The position numbers were made by a program, and so were the translations under genes. Of a stretch of DNA of 64,000 nt, positions 53,522 through 63,282 are shown in pieces. Position 1 is the first letter of the stretch. The number at the start of each line of letters is the position of its first letter. Origin of the DNA: Kiritimatiellia bacterium (GTDB taxonomy: Bacteria; Verrucomicrobiota; Kiritimatiellia; RFP12; UBA1067); contig JBMNFY010000016.1 in the NCBI GenBank assembly GCA_050949565.1, positions 32,001 to 96,000 of the forward strand, given 5' to 3'. The notes under the pieces are model-generated. The model saw only the letters and a program-made list of their open reading frames with translations, was not told where the DNA came from and did no database searches.

Positions 53522-56365
53522 CTACCTTCCCTCAAGCGTGTACCCGGCGAAGCGCACAAAAATACCGCGCCAATCGTCCAGATACGCCATCAGAATCTCC
53601 CGCGCCAATCCTTCCGAATCGCCGCACCGGAAAAGCGCCGCCGCCGCGAACAGTTCGATCATCGCCCGAGAAAACTGCGCCGACTCCACACTTACGGGCT
53701 GCGTGCCGGTATCGCGGTGCCCCCGTACGCCGGGCTTGCGCAAAAACTCGGCCAGCGCGGGTGCCGCCGCCGGATCGCCGATGCGCCCGAGCGCCATCAG
53801 CACCGACCGCAACGTGTTGAAACTGGTTTCGGCGTGGCACTGCTGTAGCTTGCGGACCAGTGCGGCGGTGGCCCGCCGGTCGCGCGGGATGGCGGACACC
53901 CACATCGCGCCGTCCAGTTCGGGCACCGAGAGAAATCCCTCCCAATCGTAGGCGGGGCCGTCAGCGATCGGCGTCTCATCGATCCAAGCGGTCAGCAGCG
54001 GAACGCCTGCGGGGTCGCCCAGCAGACAGAGCGCCTTTGCCGTTGCCACGGTCGGATTACGGGCCAACGCATCGCGCAACGGCTGGCATGCGGCCTGTTC
54101 GCCACGCGCCAGCGTCAGCAAATTCGTGGGGTTCGCGGGGTCCTGCGCCGCATCCCGTAGCTCGGCATCCGTGGGCGGCGGCAGATCGCGCGTGAGTTCG
54201 CCGAGTTTGTCCGCTGGCAGAATATCGATCTCTGCCAGATGGCGCTGCAACGCATGGATATCCACCGTGCGCGGCGTGGTTCCGTTTTTGATACAGAGCG
54301 CCGCCGCATGACCGGCCGCATAGCCCAGATTCAGCACGTCGGGATTCATGCGCATGATGGCCTGTACGTCGTGCGTGGTGGAGTAGCAGCGCCCGACCGC
54401 CATGATGTTCTCCAAACCAGCGGGCAGAATCGCGCGCAGCGGCACGTACACCGTCAGGTCGCGATCACGCACATGTTTGGTCATCGGCATCAGTCCCGCG
54501 AATGAATAATCGCTGCTGTAGAAACCGTGCGGATCGAAGGCCGACGCCGACACCGCGATGACATCCCGGTAGGTACGCCCCGCATTCACGTCGCGCTCAT
54601 CGATCACCCAATCGCCTTTGATGCGGCGCGTTTCGCGGATCTGCGCCATCGGAAAGTTCTGCGTGCCGCCGCCGCGCGCGGCCAGCACATGGTGCATGGT
54701 GAAGCCTGCGATGTCGATCGGATCGGCGGGTAGCGAGTTGGCGTAGAGGTCGCGCCGGTCGCGCGTGTTCTTGCCGTCACTGCCGCTGCTGGCTCGTTTT
54801 TGGCCCATAAACGAGGCTTCTTCCAAACAAAGGTCGCCGTCGTTCAGGTAGAAGAACGTGGCACCGGCCGCCGCGCAGACATCGCCCTCGCCCGAAGCGT
54901 CGATCACCACTTTGCCGAGCGCCACGCCGCGTCCAAGCCAAGTCGCAACCTCGACTCCCGCCACCGTCTGACCGCGCATGACCGCGCCCATGGCCAGCGA
55001 GTGGTACCAGACATCGACTTTCGCCTCGCGCAACAACCGCGCATACTGCGGGTCGCCTTTGCCGCGCCACTCTTGGTTGAAGCCGTGACGGTAGCCGCGC
55101 CAGAATCCTTTGATGCCCAGCGCCACGTTGCCCCCGATGAAGCCCGCTTGTTCGATCATCAGCGTGCGCGCACCGCCACGCGCCGCCGCGATGGCCGCAG
55201 CATGACCGGCCGGTCCACTGCCGACCACGACCACGTCATACTCCGCCCAGACCGGAATCGCGTCGCGCGCTTGCGACACCGTCTCGCGTTGTCGCGCGCG
55301 GTAGGGTCGCTCGGCCTCGCTCAATTGACGAATGGCTAGCGCGGGCAGCGTGTCGGCCGTCGGCGCCGCAGTCTTGACCCGGACGGTTCCGGGCGTCGGC
55401 AGTGTGGCTGCACGCGCCTCCTGCAGCGCGGCCATTCCGACACGCTCCCCGATCTCCGACAGCGTCACGGGGTGCATCAGGGCGCGCGCCGCCTCGCGGC
55501 TGACCGACGCCGCCGAACTGAGCACGTAGAGCCGCTCCGTTCCTGCTGGCCGCAAGACGCCCAGATCGAGCTTGGCGGTTTTCGGCAACTCCGCGCCCTC
55601 CCATGTGGCCGATCCGACTAGCGCGGCGGGCAGAACAAAGTTCATGGCATGCGCAAAGGGCGGGTTGGCATACGTGTGCCATGTTTCGCGCAACGCATGC
55701 TCGGCACGGTTGATCGCCGCCCACGTTAAAGCCGTCATGGGGGCGTCCTGTTCGATCATCTCGCGCGTCTTGCGGTCGGCCGCACGGCGCGGACGCGACA
55801 CGCGCAGCGTCTCGACGCGCCACGGCTCGCGACGCGCACCGGCGGCTTCGGCGACTGCCCCTGCGGGCGTGGCGTCGATCACCACCTTAGCGATCACCGC
55901 CTGCAAGCCAGCCTTGTTGGCCGTCACCACACCGCACAAGCGGTTCTGATCATCGACCAACACACCGCCGTGACGCGTGTTGTAGAGAAACGTGACGCCG
56001 GCCTCCAGCAGCAGTTTCGCCGCGACCACCGGATAGCGTGATGCGCTGGTTTCGCGCAGGAGCGCTTTGCTGAACTCCGTTGTGGGTTTGGGTCCCTGCT
56101 GAAGTTCATCGAAGCGATCCTTGGTCATTACTTCGCCGCCAAGAAACGTGGTCTCGTTGAGCAGCATGACGCGCGCACCTTGACGCGCGGCGTTCCACGC
56201 CGCCGCCATGCCGCCTTCATTGCCGCCGACAACCACGATATCCACGCGGTCGATCACCGGTACCGTCCGCGCCGGTGCCTCCACATACCGTTCCTGCGCT
56301 CGACCCGTTGCTACCAGCATCGCCACAGCGAAAGCAATCCTCATGATTTTAATTTGCATCTTCAC
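53522..56365 (-). CDS. FAD-dependent oxidoreductase with duplicated FAD domains and C-terminal HEAT-like repeats
   Basis: DIVVVGG..GG and YDVVVVGSGPAG; two VIDA(T/S) motifs; RETRRI.G; signal peptide. Confidence 0.85.
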   Translation of the reverse strand: MKMQIKIMRIAFAVAMLVATGRAQERYVEAPARTVPVIDRVDIVVVGGNEGGMAAAWNAARQGARVMLLNETTFLGGEVMTKDRFDELQQGPKPTTEFSKALLRETSASRYPVVAAKLLLEAGVTFLYNTRHGGVLVDDQNRLCGVVTANKAGLQAVIAKVVIDATPAGAVAEAAGARREPWRVETLRVSRPRRAADRKTREMIEQDAPMTALTWAAINRAEHALRETWHTYANPPFAHAMNFVLPAALVGSATWEGAELPKTAKLDLGVLRPAGTERLYVLSSAASVSREAARALMHPVTLSEIGERVGMAALQEARAATLPTPGTVRVKTAAPTADTLPALAIRQLSEAERPYRARQRETVSQARDAIPVWAEYDVVVVGSGPAGHAAAIAAARGGARTLMIEQAGFIGGNVALGIKGFWRGYRHGFNQEWRGKGDPQYARLLREAKVDVWYHSLAMGAVMRGQTVAGVEVATWLGRGVALGKVVIDASGEGDVCAAAGATFFYLNDGDLCLEEASFMGQKRASSGSDGKNTRDRRDLYANSLPADPIDIAGFTMHHVLAARGGGTQNFPMAQIRETRRIKGDWVIDERDVNAGRTYRDVIAVSASAFDPHGFYSSDYSFAGLMPMTKHVRDRDLTVYVPLRAILPAGLENIMAVGRCYSTTHDVQAIMRMNPDVLNLGYAAGHAAALCIKNGTTPRTVDIHALQRHLAEIDILPADKLGELTRDLPPPTDAELRDAAQDPANPTNLLTLARGEQAACQPLRDALARNPTVATAKALCLLGDPAGVPLLTAWIDETPIADGPAYDWEGFLSVPELDGAMWVSAIPRDRRATAALVRKLQQCHAETSFNTLRSVLMALGRIGDPAAAPALAEFLRKPGVRGHRDTGTQPVSVESAQFSRAMIELFAAAALFRCGDSEGLAREILMAYLDDWRGIFVRFAGYTLEGR

Positions 56366-56585
56366 GCCCTCACATGAAACAACCGAGCAACGCTTTTACA
56401 CTCGCCGCTGCGCGCCACTGCGTGGTCGCAACAAAAAAGGTTGGCTTGCGCCTTGCGACCGGGGCGCCTTGCGGCTGGCGGGGACGCTCACTCCCCCCCC
56501 AAAAAAACTCTGCGTCTCTGCGCCTCTGCGTTAAACAAAAAGCTGAGCCATGCCAAAACAAACAACCTGTTTTTTGTTGAACTTA

Positions 56586-57362
56586 TCAAAACACAAGGCG
56601 CCGACTGACCTGCGTTTGGCTGAGGACATCCACGTGTACATCGGCGCGTCCGGCTTTGACAAGCGCCTGGCGCATGGTGTTGAATGCCAAGGCTGGCGTG
56701 TTGCACTCCCCGCTCAGATGCGCCAGCCAGAGCGTGTGCATCTGGCGGGGGATCGCGGCGCTCATCAACGCGGCCGCGTCGTCGTTGGAGAGGTGGCCGC
56801 TGCGGCCGGCGATGCGCGTCTTGAGCGACCACGGGCGGTCGGACTGCATCAGCATATCATAGTCGTGGTTGCTCTCGACAATCGCCACATGGCACCGCGC
56901 CAGCTTGGCGCGAACCAGCGGGGTGGCCTGTCCCAGATCGGTCACCACGCAGAGGCGCGAGGTCCCGTCGTCAAAGACAAACCCGACGGGATCGGCCGCG
57001 TCGTGCGACACCGTGAACGCCTCTACGCGCAGGTCGCCGACCTCGAAGGTTGAGGCGGTCTCAAAAATCTGCCACTGGAACACGCCCTTCGGACAGCGTG
57101 CTTCGATGCCAGAGGCGGTACCCTCGTTTGCGAACAGCGGCAATGCATGTTTGCGGCCGAGGATCTCAATGCCCCGGTAGTGGTCTTCGTGGTCGTGCGT
57201 CAGCAAGATGCCTCGGAGCGATCCCGGCGCAATACCAGCCGTGCGCAATCGGGCGGTCAACTCGCGCGCGGAAAGTCCGGCATCCACCAGCAGCGATGTG
57301 CCGCCGCCCGACACATAGATGCTGTTGCCCCTACTCCCACTCGCTAGTACGCAGACTTCCAT
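56586..57362 (-). CDS. MBL-fold metallo-hydrolase (YycJ/WalJ-like)
   Basis: LASGSRGN, THDHEDH, SHDA, ESNHD, GHLSN, LAHLS. Confidence 0.9.
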   Translation of the reverse strand: MEVCVLASGSRGNSIYVSGGGTSLLVDAGLSARELTARLRTAGIAPGSLRGILLTHDHEDHYRGIEILGRKHALPLFANEGTASGIEARCPKGVFQWQIFETASTFEVGDLRVEAFTVSHDAADPVGFVFDDGTSRLCVVTDLGQATPLVRAKLARCHVAIVESNHDYDMLMQSDRPWSLKTRIAGRSGHLSNDDAAALMSAAIPRQMHTLWLAHLSGECNTPALAFNTMRQALVKAGRADVHVDVLSQTQVSRRLVF

Positions 57363-57382
57363 ACGTTACCCCGTCCGGTGGA

Positions 57383-57874
57383 CTACTCCACAGTAGCGGT
57401 CGGACTCGAATCCATCACTAACCGATAATGCTTGAGGAAGGTGGCGATGACCTCCTGCGCCGTCACGTCGGTAATCCGGTAGTTATGCGGCTCTTCCCTA
57501 AACATGCTCTCGTATTTGACCAGGCGCGTGCCGCGGTTAAGGCGCACCTCGGCCTGCGGCAGGATGCCGGTCTGCACGAAATGCTTCATTACCCGGAAAC
57601 TGATCTCCTCTACGTCGCCCATCCGCACGCTCAACGTCACCGATGCCGGCGCACGGCGTACCTGCGCGAGGCGGCCGTGCTTACGGGACAATTCATCTGC
57701 GATCTCGTTCAGTGCCGGCAACGCCACGGCGTCGAGAAACGCCTCGAACTGCGCGTTCTCCTGTTCTGCGCGCGTTGCGCGGAGCCTTCCCTCCAAGATC
57801 TCGCCCAACTCATTCCGCCAGTCACTCATGTTCAGCCCCCGTTCTTTGTTGGTATCCGTTTTTCGTTCTGCCAT
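57383..57874 (-). CDS. Hypothetical protein
   Basis: ORF tightly coupled within a minus-strand operon; alternative start at 57829. Confidence 0.65.
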   Translation of the reverse strand: MAERKTDTNKERGLNMSDWRNELGEILEGRLRATRAEQENAQFEAFLDAVALPALNEIADELSRKHGRLAQVRRAPASVTLSVRMGDVEEISFRVMKHFVQTGILPQAEVRLNRGTRLVKYESMFREEPHNYRITDVTAQEVIATFLKHYRLVMDSSPTATVE

Positions 57875-58546
57875 CTATTTCGTCTTCACCCGCGACACCG
57901 CCTGCCGCAATGCGGGCAGCAGGCACAGCGCCACCTGTTCGTTGCCTGCACGGTTGGGATGGTCGGTCTCATCCCAGAAGGGCGGCAACCGGTTGGGCTT
58001 GACGTCGATCTGCATGTTCGGCACATACAGGCACTCGTACTCATCACATATCGCACGTTCCATGCGGGCGATCTGTTCAGCCAGTTCGAAGCGCGAAGCA
58101 TCAAACTCCGTACAGACCTCCTCCCAGAAATCGCGATCGCCAAAGCAGCTTGCCACGACCACCTGCATCCCGCGTCGGCGCGCCTCCTTCACCATCGCAC
58201 GTAGGTCGCCGCCCATCACCGAAACCGGACGCGAATTGCGCCAGAAATCATTAGCGCCGAGTGCGATCAGCACCACATCGGGGTTGTGCGCCAGCACGTC
58301 GCGGTCGTAACGTGCGCGCCCGCCGTCCAAAGTGTCGCCGCCGATCCCGGCATCAATCACCCGCACATCCGGCATAAGACGTTGCAACCAATGGCTAAAA
58401 TGACCGCCCGCCCCTCCGCAGGAGGTCAGGCTATCCCCCAGACAGACCAACACCGGGCGTCGGTCGCGTGCGCCCGCTATCACAAGGGCCGCCGCCAAGC
58501 AGACCCCCAAGACTGTCATCCCAATCAACACGGCTCGTTTCTTCAA
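57875..58546 (-). CDS. SGNH/GDSL lipase/esterase
   Basis: LGDSLT, AGIGGDT, LGAND, DHPN. Confidence 0.88.
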   Translation of the reverse strand: MKKRAVLIGMTVLGVCLAAALVIAGARDRRPVLVCLGDSLTSCGGAGGHFSHWLQRLMPDVRVIDAGIGGDTLDGGRARYDRDVLAHNPDVVLIALGANDFWRNSRPVSVMGGDLRAMVKEARRRGMQVVVASCFGDRDFWEEVCTEFDASRFELAEQIARMERAICDEYECLYVPNMQIDVKPNRLPPFWDETDHPNRAGNEQVALCLLPALRQAVSRVKTK

Positions 58547-58677
58547 ATGGATCGATCTCCCTTCATATCCTTAAAAAGACTCCGTTCTTTATATCACAAA
58601 CCCATGTCCGCAAAAAGCATGGTTTGTTGCCGGGCGGCTCCTCCTCAGCGGCGGCGCGTTACTTTGGACGATCTCCG

Positions 58678-59519
58678 CTAGTGGGAAATGCGGGCGGCGC
58701 GTTTTGCCCTGACGGCGGCAAGCCGCTCAGCATACCACGTCATCACGCCTTGGAACATCCGTTTCGAGAATGCGTCAAAGCGCGGCTCGATAATCTTCTC
58801 CGGATGGAACTGAACGCCGATCGCGTTCGTGCTCTCAATGGCTTCGACCACGCCATCGTGTGCCCGCGCCGTCACCCGGAAGCCCGGTGCGACAGCCTTG
58901 ACCGACTGATGGTGTGCGGACGGCGCATCGAACCGTTCGCCGCCCCATTTCGCCACCCAAGAGTCAGGTTCCGACACCACTTCATGCGGCACGGGAAAGC
59001 GTGTTTTCCCCTTGTAACCACGATGGCAGACCTCCGAATTCGGATAGTCGTGGGGAATGTCCTGATGCAGCGTGCCGCCGTGATAGACGTTCAAAAGCTG
59101 ACAGCCGCGGCAGATACCGAAAACCGGCATGTTGCGCTTCGCCGCCTCAGCGAGCAGCACCCATTCGAACGCATCACGATCGGGATTTGTTTCGCCCATC
59201 TGCGGTGTAAACGGTTCCCGGTAGCGCGCAGGATCAATGTCAGCTCCACCCGCGATGAGCAGAACGTCCACATGGTCGAGTGCTGCGCCAATCTCCTTCG
59301 CGTCAGTCGAGCGACCGATCAGAAAGGGCACGCCGCCCGCCCGCCGAATGGCACTCACGTAATTTGTTCCGAGAGATATGTGTTCGGGTCCGAAGTGCGG
59401 CAGATGTCTCCGATGCCCACAACGATATCCGCACCTGCGCTCAAAGCGATCGCCAAAGACAACGTGAAGGCGGCCAGACGGCTATTCTTCCGTGTACTAG
59501 AACCGTGTTCTTGCATCAT
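58678..59519 (-). CDS. Gamma-glutamyl-gamma-aminobutyrate hydrolase-like peptidase C26, frameshifted near 59372
   Basis: GGADIDP, GICRGCQ, SAHHQ, GVQFHPE; signal-peptide-like N-terminus from ATG 59519 (GGAG RBS) joins if one TC is removed from TATCTCTCGGA. Confidence 0.8.
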
Positions 59520-59704
59520 TCTCTCCATCTCCATTTGCTGATTGCAGTATCATAACGATAGTTGTCCGGGGCTGACAACAGACATCATCGCCAAGGCGAA
59601 TACGGAAAAAGCGAGATTCCGCTTGTCACTCACGGCGGATTCTCTTACGCTTAAATCAATGGAACGGCAAGCGGCTTAACTTTCACTCAGATGGCAAAAC
59701 GACA

Positions 59705-61972
59705 ATGAAGCACTTCCTCCTTGTGGCTAGGCTGATCGGCCTGACGGCCTGTATCATGGTTGCGGTACGCGCATGGGCGCAAGGCGGCGGCATGGTGCCG
59801 TTGCCGAAGCAGCCGGGCAACGATGGCCTCGAAATCACGGCAGACAAATTCGAGGTCGATCAAAAGAGCGGATGGACTACCGCCACGGGCAACGTACGCA
59901 TCAAAACCGGCGAGCACGAGATGAGCGCCGATCGCGTGCGCTTGCATCAGGAGAAGGGGGACGTCCAAGCACGCGGTAACGTGGTGTTGCGTCAGCGCGG
60001 ATTCGGCGCGTGGTCCGGCGATTACATTGAGTACAATTACAAGACGGGCAAAGGTCTCACCGGCCTCGGCGAACTGCGGGCCGGTGTCTACCACATTGGC
60101 GCCAAAGATGTGACCCGGCGCGAGGACGGCCGGTTCGACGCCCGCTACGCCGAAATCACCACCTGCACCAATGGTCCGGGCCACCGCCACTGGCGCATGA
60201 CCGGACACGTGCGCTACAAGGACAATGACTACATCGAGGTTTTCGATGCCGTGCCGTGGCTGTTCGGCGTACCCTTCGCCTACCTCCCGTATTGGTTCCG
60301 CGACCTCGACACGCACTACGGCTTCCGGCTGGTGCCCGGCTACACCTCGCGCTGGGGCGCCTACATGCTGGGCGGCTATGTCTACAACATCTACAGATCG
60401 CCGCATGAGAACGGCCCCAAGTTGGACGGCACCACACGCCTCGACTACCGCACCAAGCGCGGTGTGGCTGTTGGCCAGAACCTGCGCTGGGATCTCAAGG
60501 AGTACGGGCGCGGCAGATTCGAATCATACTACGCTTGGGACCAAGACCCGCCCGACAGGCGGCGCGACAGAAACTGGATGTCTGACGTAGACGACAACCG
60601 TTACCGTTTCCGCCTCTTCCATGAGGCCGATATCACGCCGCGCGATCAGTTTATTTTGCGTGGCACGGTCAACAGCGACTCCGAGATGCGCCACGATTTC
60701 TTCGAGAGAGAAAATCGTGGCGAAAGCACACCGATGAACTTCGTCTCGTTGGCGCACCGCGAGCACACGTGGGCTGCGGGCGCGATGGTGAGCGGTCCCC
60801 TCAATGATTTCTACGCCGGCGTGGCGCGCCTGCCCGAGGGCTGGTTGAACATCGTGCCGCAGCCGCTCTTTGGTACCGGCTTGAACTACGAGAGCCAGAC
60901 GCGCGCCGGCATTCTCAACCGCGACGCCGCCCGCTACGATCGCGCCCTGCCGAAATTCATGTACTATCCGGGTTCTTGGGCCGACTACGATCTGACGCGC
61001 GTCGACACTGCTCACCGCGTAACCGCGCCGGTAAAGATCGGTGATGCGGTCAGCGTCGTACCGCGTGCCGGTTATCGCGCTACTTGGTACTCGGACTCCG
61101 AATCCGACAGCAGCGTCGCTCGTCACAGTGCCGATCTCGGTGTTGAAGCTTCCACGCGCGCGACCGCCGACTTCGACAATGGCTACCGGCATGTTTTTGA
61201 GCCGTATCTCGATTACAGCTACCAGCCCACGCACTTCGATCTGGATAATGGACGCGCCTACACCTTCGACCGTTTCGACCGCTCGATCGAGTGGTTCGAT
61301 CAGTTCGGCATGGACGGCACATGGCTTCCTTATGATTGGCACGGTGTGCGGCCCGGTGTGCGCAACCTGCTTCAGACGCGCGACGAGAAGGGACGCATGC
61401 GCACGGTGGTCGATTGGGACGTCTACACCGCCTTCCAAATCGATGCCGACGGCCCGCTCGACGAGGGGGGCCTGCGCATGGCTGGCAGCCGGTTGCTTGT
61501 CAGTCCGGACGAAGCGCTCGATATCAAGGTACAAGGCGATTGGGACGTCGAAGAGGAAACCTTCGCCTACGTCGATCTGAGCGCCTTCTACAAGCTCAAC
61601 GAGAAAATCCGTTTCGGCGGCGGCTATCTTGCGCGCGACCACCAGTTGTACGACTACGATGTTTCACCGATCATGCAGTGGAACCGGGTCAAGGAGAGCT
61701 TGATATACGGCGGCTTCACGCACGACATTAACGATACATGGTCGTGGAGCCTCTACACGCGCTACGACCTGCGCTACAACGAGGTAGACGAGGTGGGGGG
61801 CTTCATCCAGTACAGCCTCGACTGCCTAGTCTTCCAACTCCGTGCGGCATACATCAACGACTTCGAGCGCATCGATCGCATCAGCGAGCGCGACAACGAC
61901 TTCCGCATCTCCATCATGATGTGGCTGCGCGCGCATGACCGCGCACCGGACGACGAGTGGCTGACCTGGTAG
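59705..61972 (+). CDS. lptD: LPS-assembly outer membrane protein LptD
   Basis: Signal peptide, OstA-like ITAD..ATGNV, ITTC, GVPFAYLPY, G...RWG, DYRTKRG, C-terminal barrel with YSLDC. Confidence 0.82.
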   Translation: MKHFLLVARLIGLTACIMVAVRAWAQGGGMVPLPKQPGNDGLEITADKFEVDQKSGWTTATGNVRIKTGEHEMSADRVRLHQEKGDVQARGNVVLRQRGFGAWSGDYIEYNYKTGKGLTGLGELRAGVYHIGAKDVTRREDGRFDARYAEITTCTNGPGHRHWRMTGHVRYKDNDYIEVFDAVPWLFGVPFAYLPYWFRDLDTHYGFRLVPGYTSRWGAYMLGGYVYNIYRSPHENGPKLDGTTRLDYRTKRGVAVGQNLRWDLKEYGRGRFESYYAWDQDPPDRRRDRNWMSDVDDNRYRFRLFHEADITPRDQFILRGTVNSDSEMRHDFFERENRGESTPMNFVSLAHREHTWAAGAMVSGPLNDFYAGVARLPEGWLNIVPQPLFGTGLNYESQTRAGILNRDAARYDRALPKFMYYPGSWADYDLTRVDTAHRVTAPVKIGDAVSVVPRAGYRATWYSDSESDSSVARHSADLGVEASTRATADFDNGYRHVFEPYLDYSYQPTHFDLDNGRAYTFDRFDRSIEWFDQFGMDGTWLPYDWHGVRPGVRNLLQTRDEKGRMRTVVDWDVYTAFQIDADGPLDEGGLRMAGSRLLVSPDEALDIKVQGDWDVEEETFAYVDLSAFYKLNEKIRFGGGYLARDHQLYDYDVSPIMQWNRVKESLIYGGFTHDINDTWSWSLYTRYDLRYNEVDEVGGFIQYSLDCLVFQLRAAYINDFERIDRISERDNDFRISIMMWLRAHDRAPDDEWLTW

Positions 61973-61976
61973 CCCC

Positions 61977-62011
61977 TCGGTTGCGATTCAACACGTTGAA
62001 TTGCAACCGAA
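61977..62011. terminator. Long hairpin after lptD
   Basis: TCGGTTGCGATTCAAC-AC-GTTGAATTGCAACCGA, one G-T pair; no U tract. Confidence 0.45.
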
Positions 62012-62154
62012 GGAGGAGTTAGCCTGCCGCTCGGCTTCGCCACGAAAAAACCATGGAGTAACTGCGACAAAATGTCCAAGTTGTAGGCAAGGAAGGAGTG
62101 TTTAGGTCTCAACACTCGAGGGCGGAGGGGGCATCCTGTTTGTGCCTCGCCTCA

Positions 62155-62303
62155 GGGTCACATATTCGAATATGTGACCCGGGCGGTGAGCAGTGAACAA
62201 AGGCTTTGCCGTGAGAGCTGACGGTCATCCGCTAGACCAATGCAGTGCGCGGCGTAGCGGGCGTGACGGGCGTCTTAGGGTCACATATTCGAATATGTGA
62301 CCC
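62155..62303. repeat. Palindrome block A: two copies of GGGTCACATATTCGAATATGTGACCC (62155-62180, 62278-62303)
   Basis: Perfect loop-less 26-bp palindromes, 97-bp spacer. Confidence 0.95.
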
Positions 62304-62320
62304 GGGGAGGAGCATGGAAA

Positions 62321-62896
62321 ATGAGAGAGGGAAAGAATGGGGCGAACTTGGCGCCAACCCTCTGGCGGACATGCCGGGTGCTGGCCAATCCCGACCGGTT
62401 GCGTTGCCTCAAGGCAGTGCTGGCGGTGCCGGGGCGGACCGTAGAGGACGTCGCCACCGTAGTTGGGCTGACAGAGCCTCAGACGAGCCTCGCTTTGCGG
62501 GCGTTGCAGTCGCGCGGCATTTTGTCGTCCCGCCGCAGGAGTCGATGGGCGCATTATTACCCAGAGGCAGATGCTTCGGTCGTGGCGGCCAGCCAGTTTT
62601 TGAGCGCCGCCAAAAGTGCCCTCATTGACAATCACATGTCCGAGCGGGAGATGAGCAATGCGATGCGAGCCTACACCCACCCGCGCCGCATCGCGATAGT
62701 GAGGGCGCTGGCGCACGAGGACAATCTTCAGCGGGACGAGATTGGCAGCATGTTGGGCATAAGCCGAGAGGCGATGATCCGCCACCTGCGTAAACTGAAG
62801 ACACTCGGTGTCGTCCGATTGAAAGACGAGACCTACTCCCTTGCCAAGCCCAGCTCGGGTCTCGCGGAATCCCTCCGCGCCATCATCCTCGCGTGA
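62321..62896 (+). CDS. Tandem (double) ArsR-like winged-helix DNA-binding protein
   Basis: Two wHTH units: LANPDRLRCL..TVEDVA....L.EP.TS..LR.L..RG and THPRRIAIV..L..DEI...LGISR.AM.RHLRKL...G; GGAGGAG RBS before ATG 62321. Confidence 0.82.
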   Translation: MREGKNGANLAPTLWRTCRVLANPDRLRCLKAVLAVPGRTVEDVATVVGLTEPQTSLALRALQSRGILSSRRRSRWAHYYPEADASVVAASQFLSAAKSALIDNHMSEREMSNAMRAYTHPRRIAIVRALAHEDNLQRDEIGSMLGISREAMIRHLRKLKTLGVVRLKDETYSLAKPSSGLAESLRAIILA

Positions 62897-62956
62897 CCCG
62901 CCCCGTCGACTGCCCGTCCGTCACTCTTCCCTCGCCATCCGCATTCCACCACCCCC

Positions 62957-63098
62957 GGGTCACATATTCGAATATGTGACCCGGGGGGACAAAGAGGGTT
63001 TTACCGTGAGAACCGACTGTGATCCACAGGGCTAAGGCGATACGGGGAGTGGTGGGTACGGCGGGTGTCGTAGGGTCACATATTCGAATATGTGACCC
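62957..63098. repeat. Palindrome block B: two copies of GGGTCACATATTCGAATATGTGACCC (62957-62982, 63073-63098)
   Basis: Identical palindromes; the 90-bp spacer is homologous to the block A spacer. Confidence 0.95.
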
Positions 63099-63282
63099 GG
63101 GCGTGGGAGCTTTGATTTCAGGTTTCATTGCTCGCCATTGGTTATCGCTGCCGGTCGTCTGTCGGTCTTCTGCTTGTACAATCACGCAGGGGCTCGCAGA
63201 AGCCACTACACTGTCCTTTGCGCTGTGCCCAGAGGTGGCAGTTGAGAGCCGGGGAGTTCCCAAACCTTGAGGGCAAGGAGGT

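Noticed and set aside
62155-63098. CRISPR array, integron attC sites or protelomerase telRL site
   Set aside because: Spacers are 90-97 bp and homologous to each other; there are no RYYYAAC/GTTRRRY ends or extrahelical bases; no cas, integrase or protelomerase gene is in the window.
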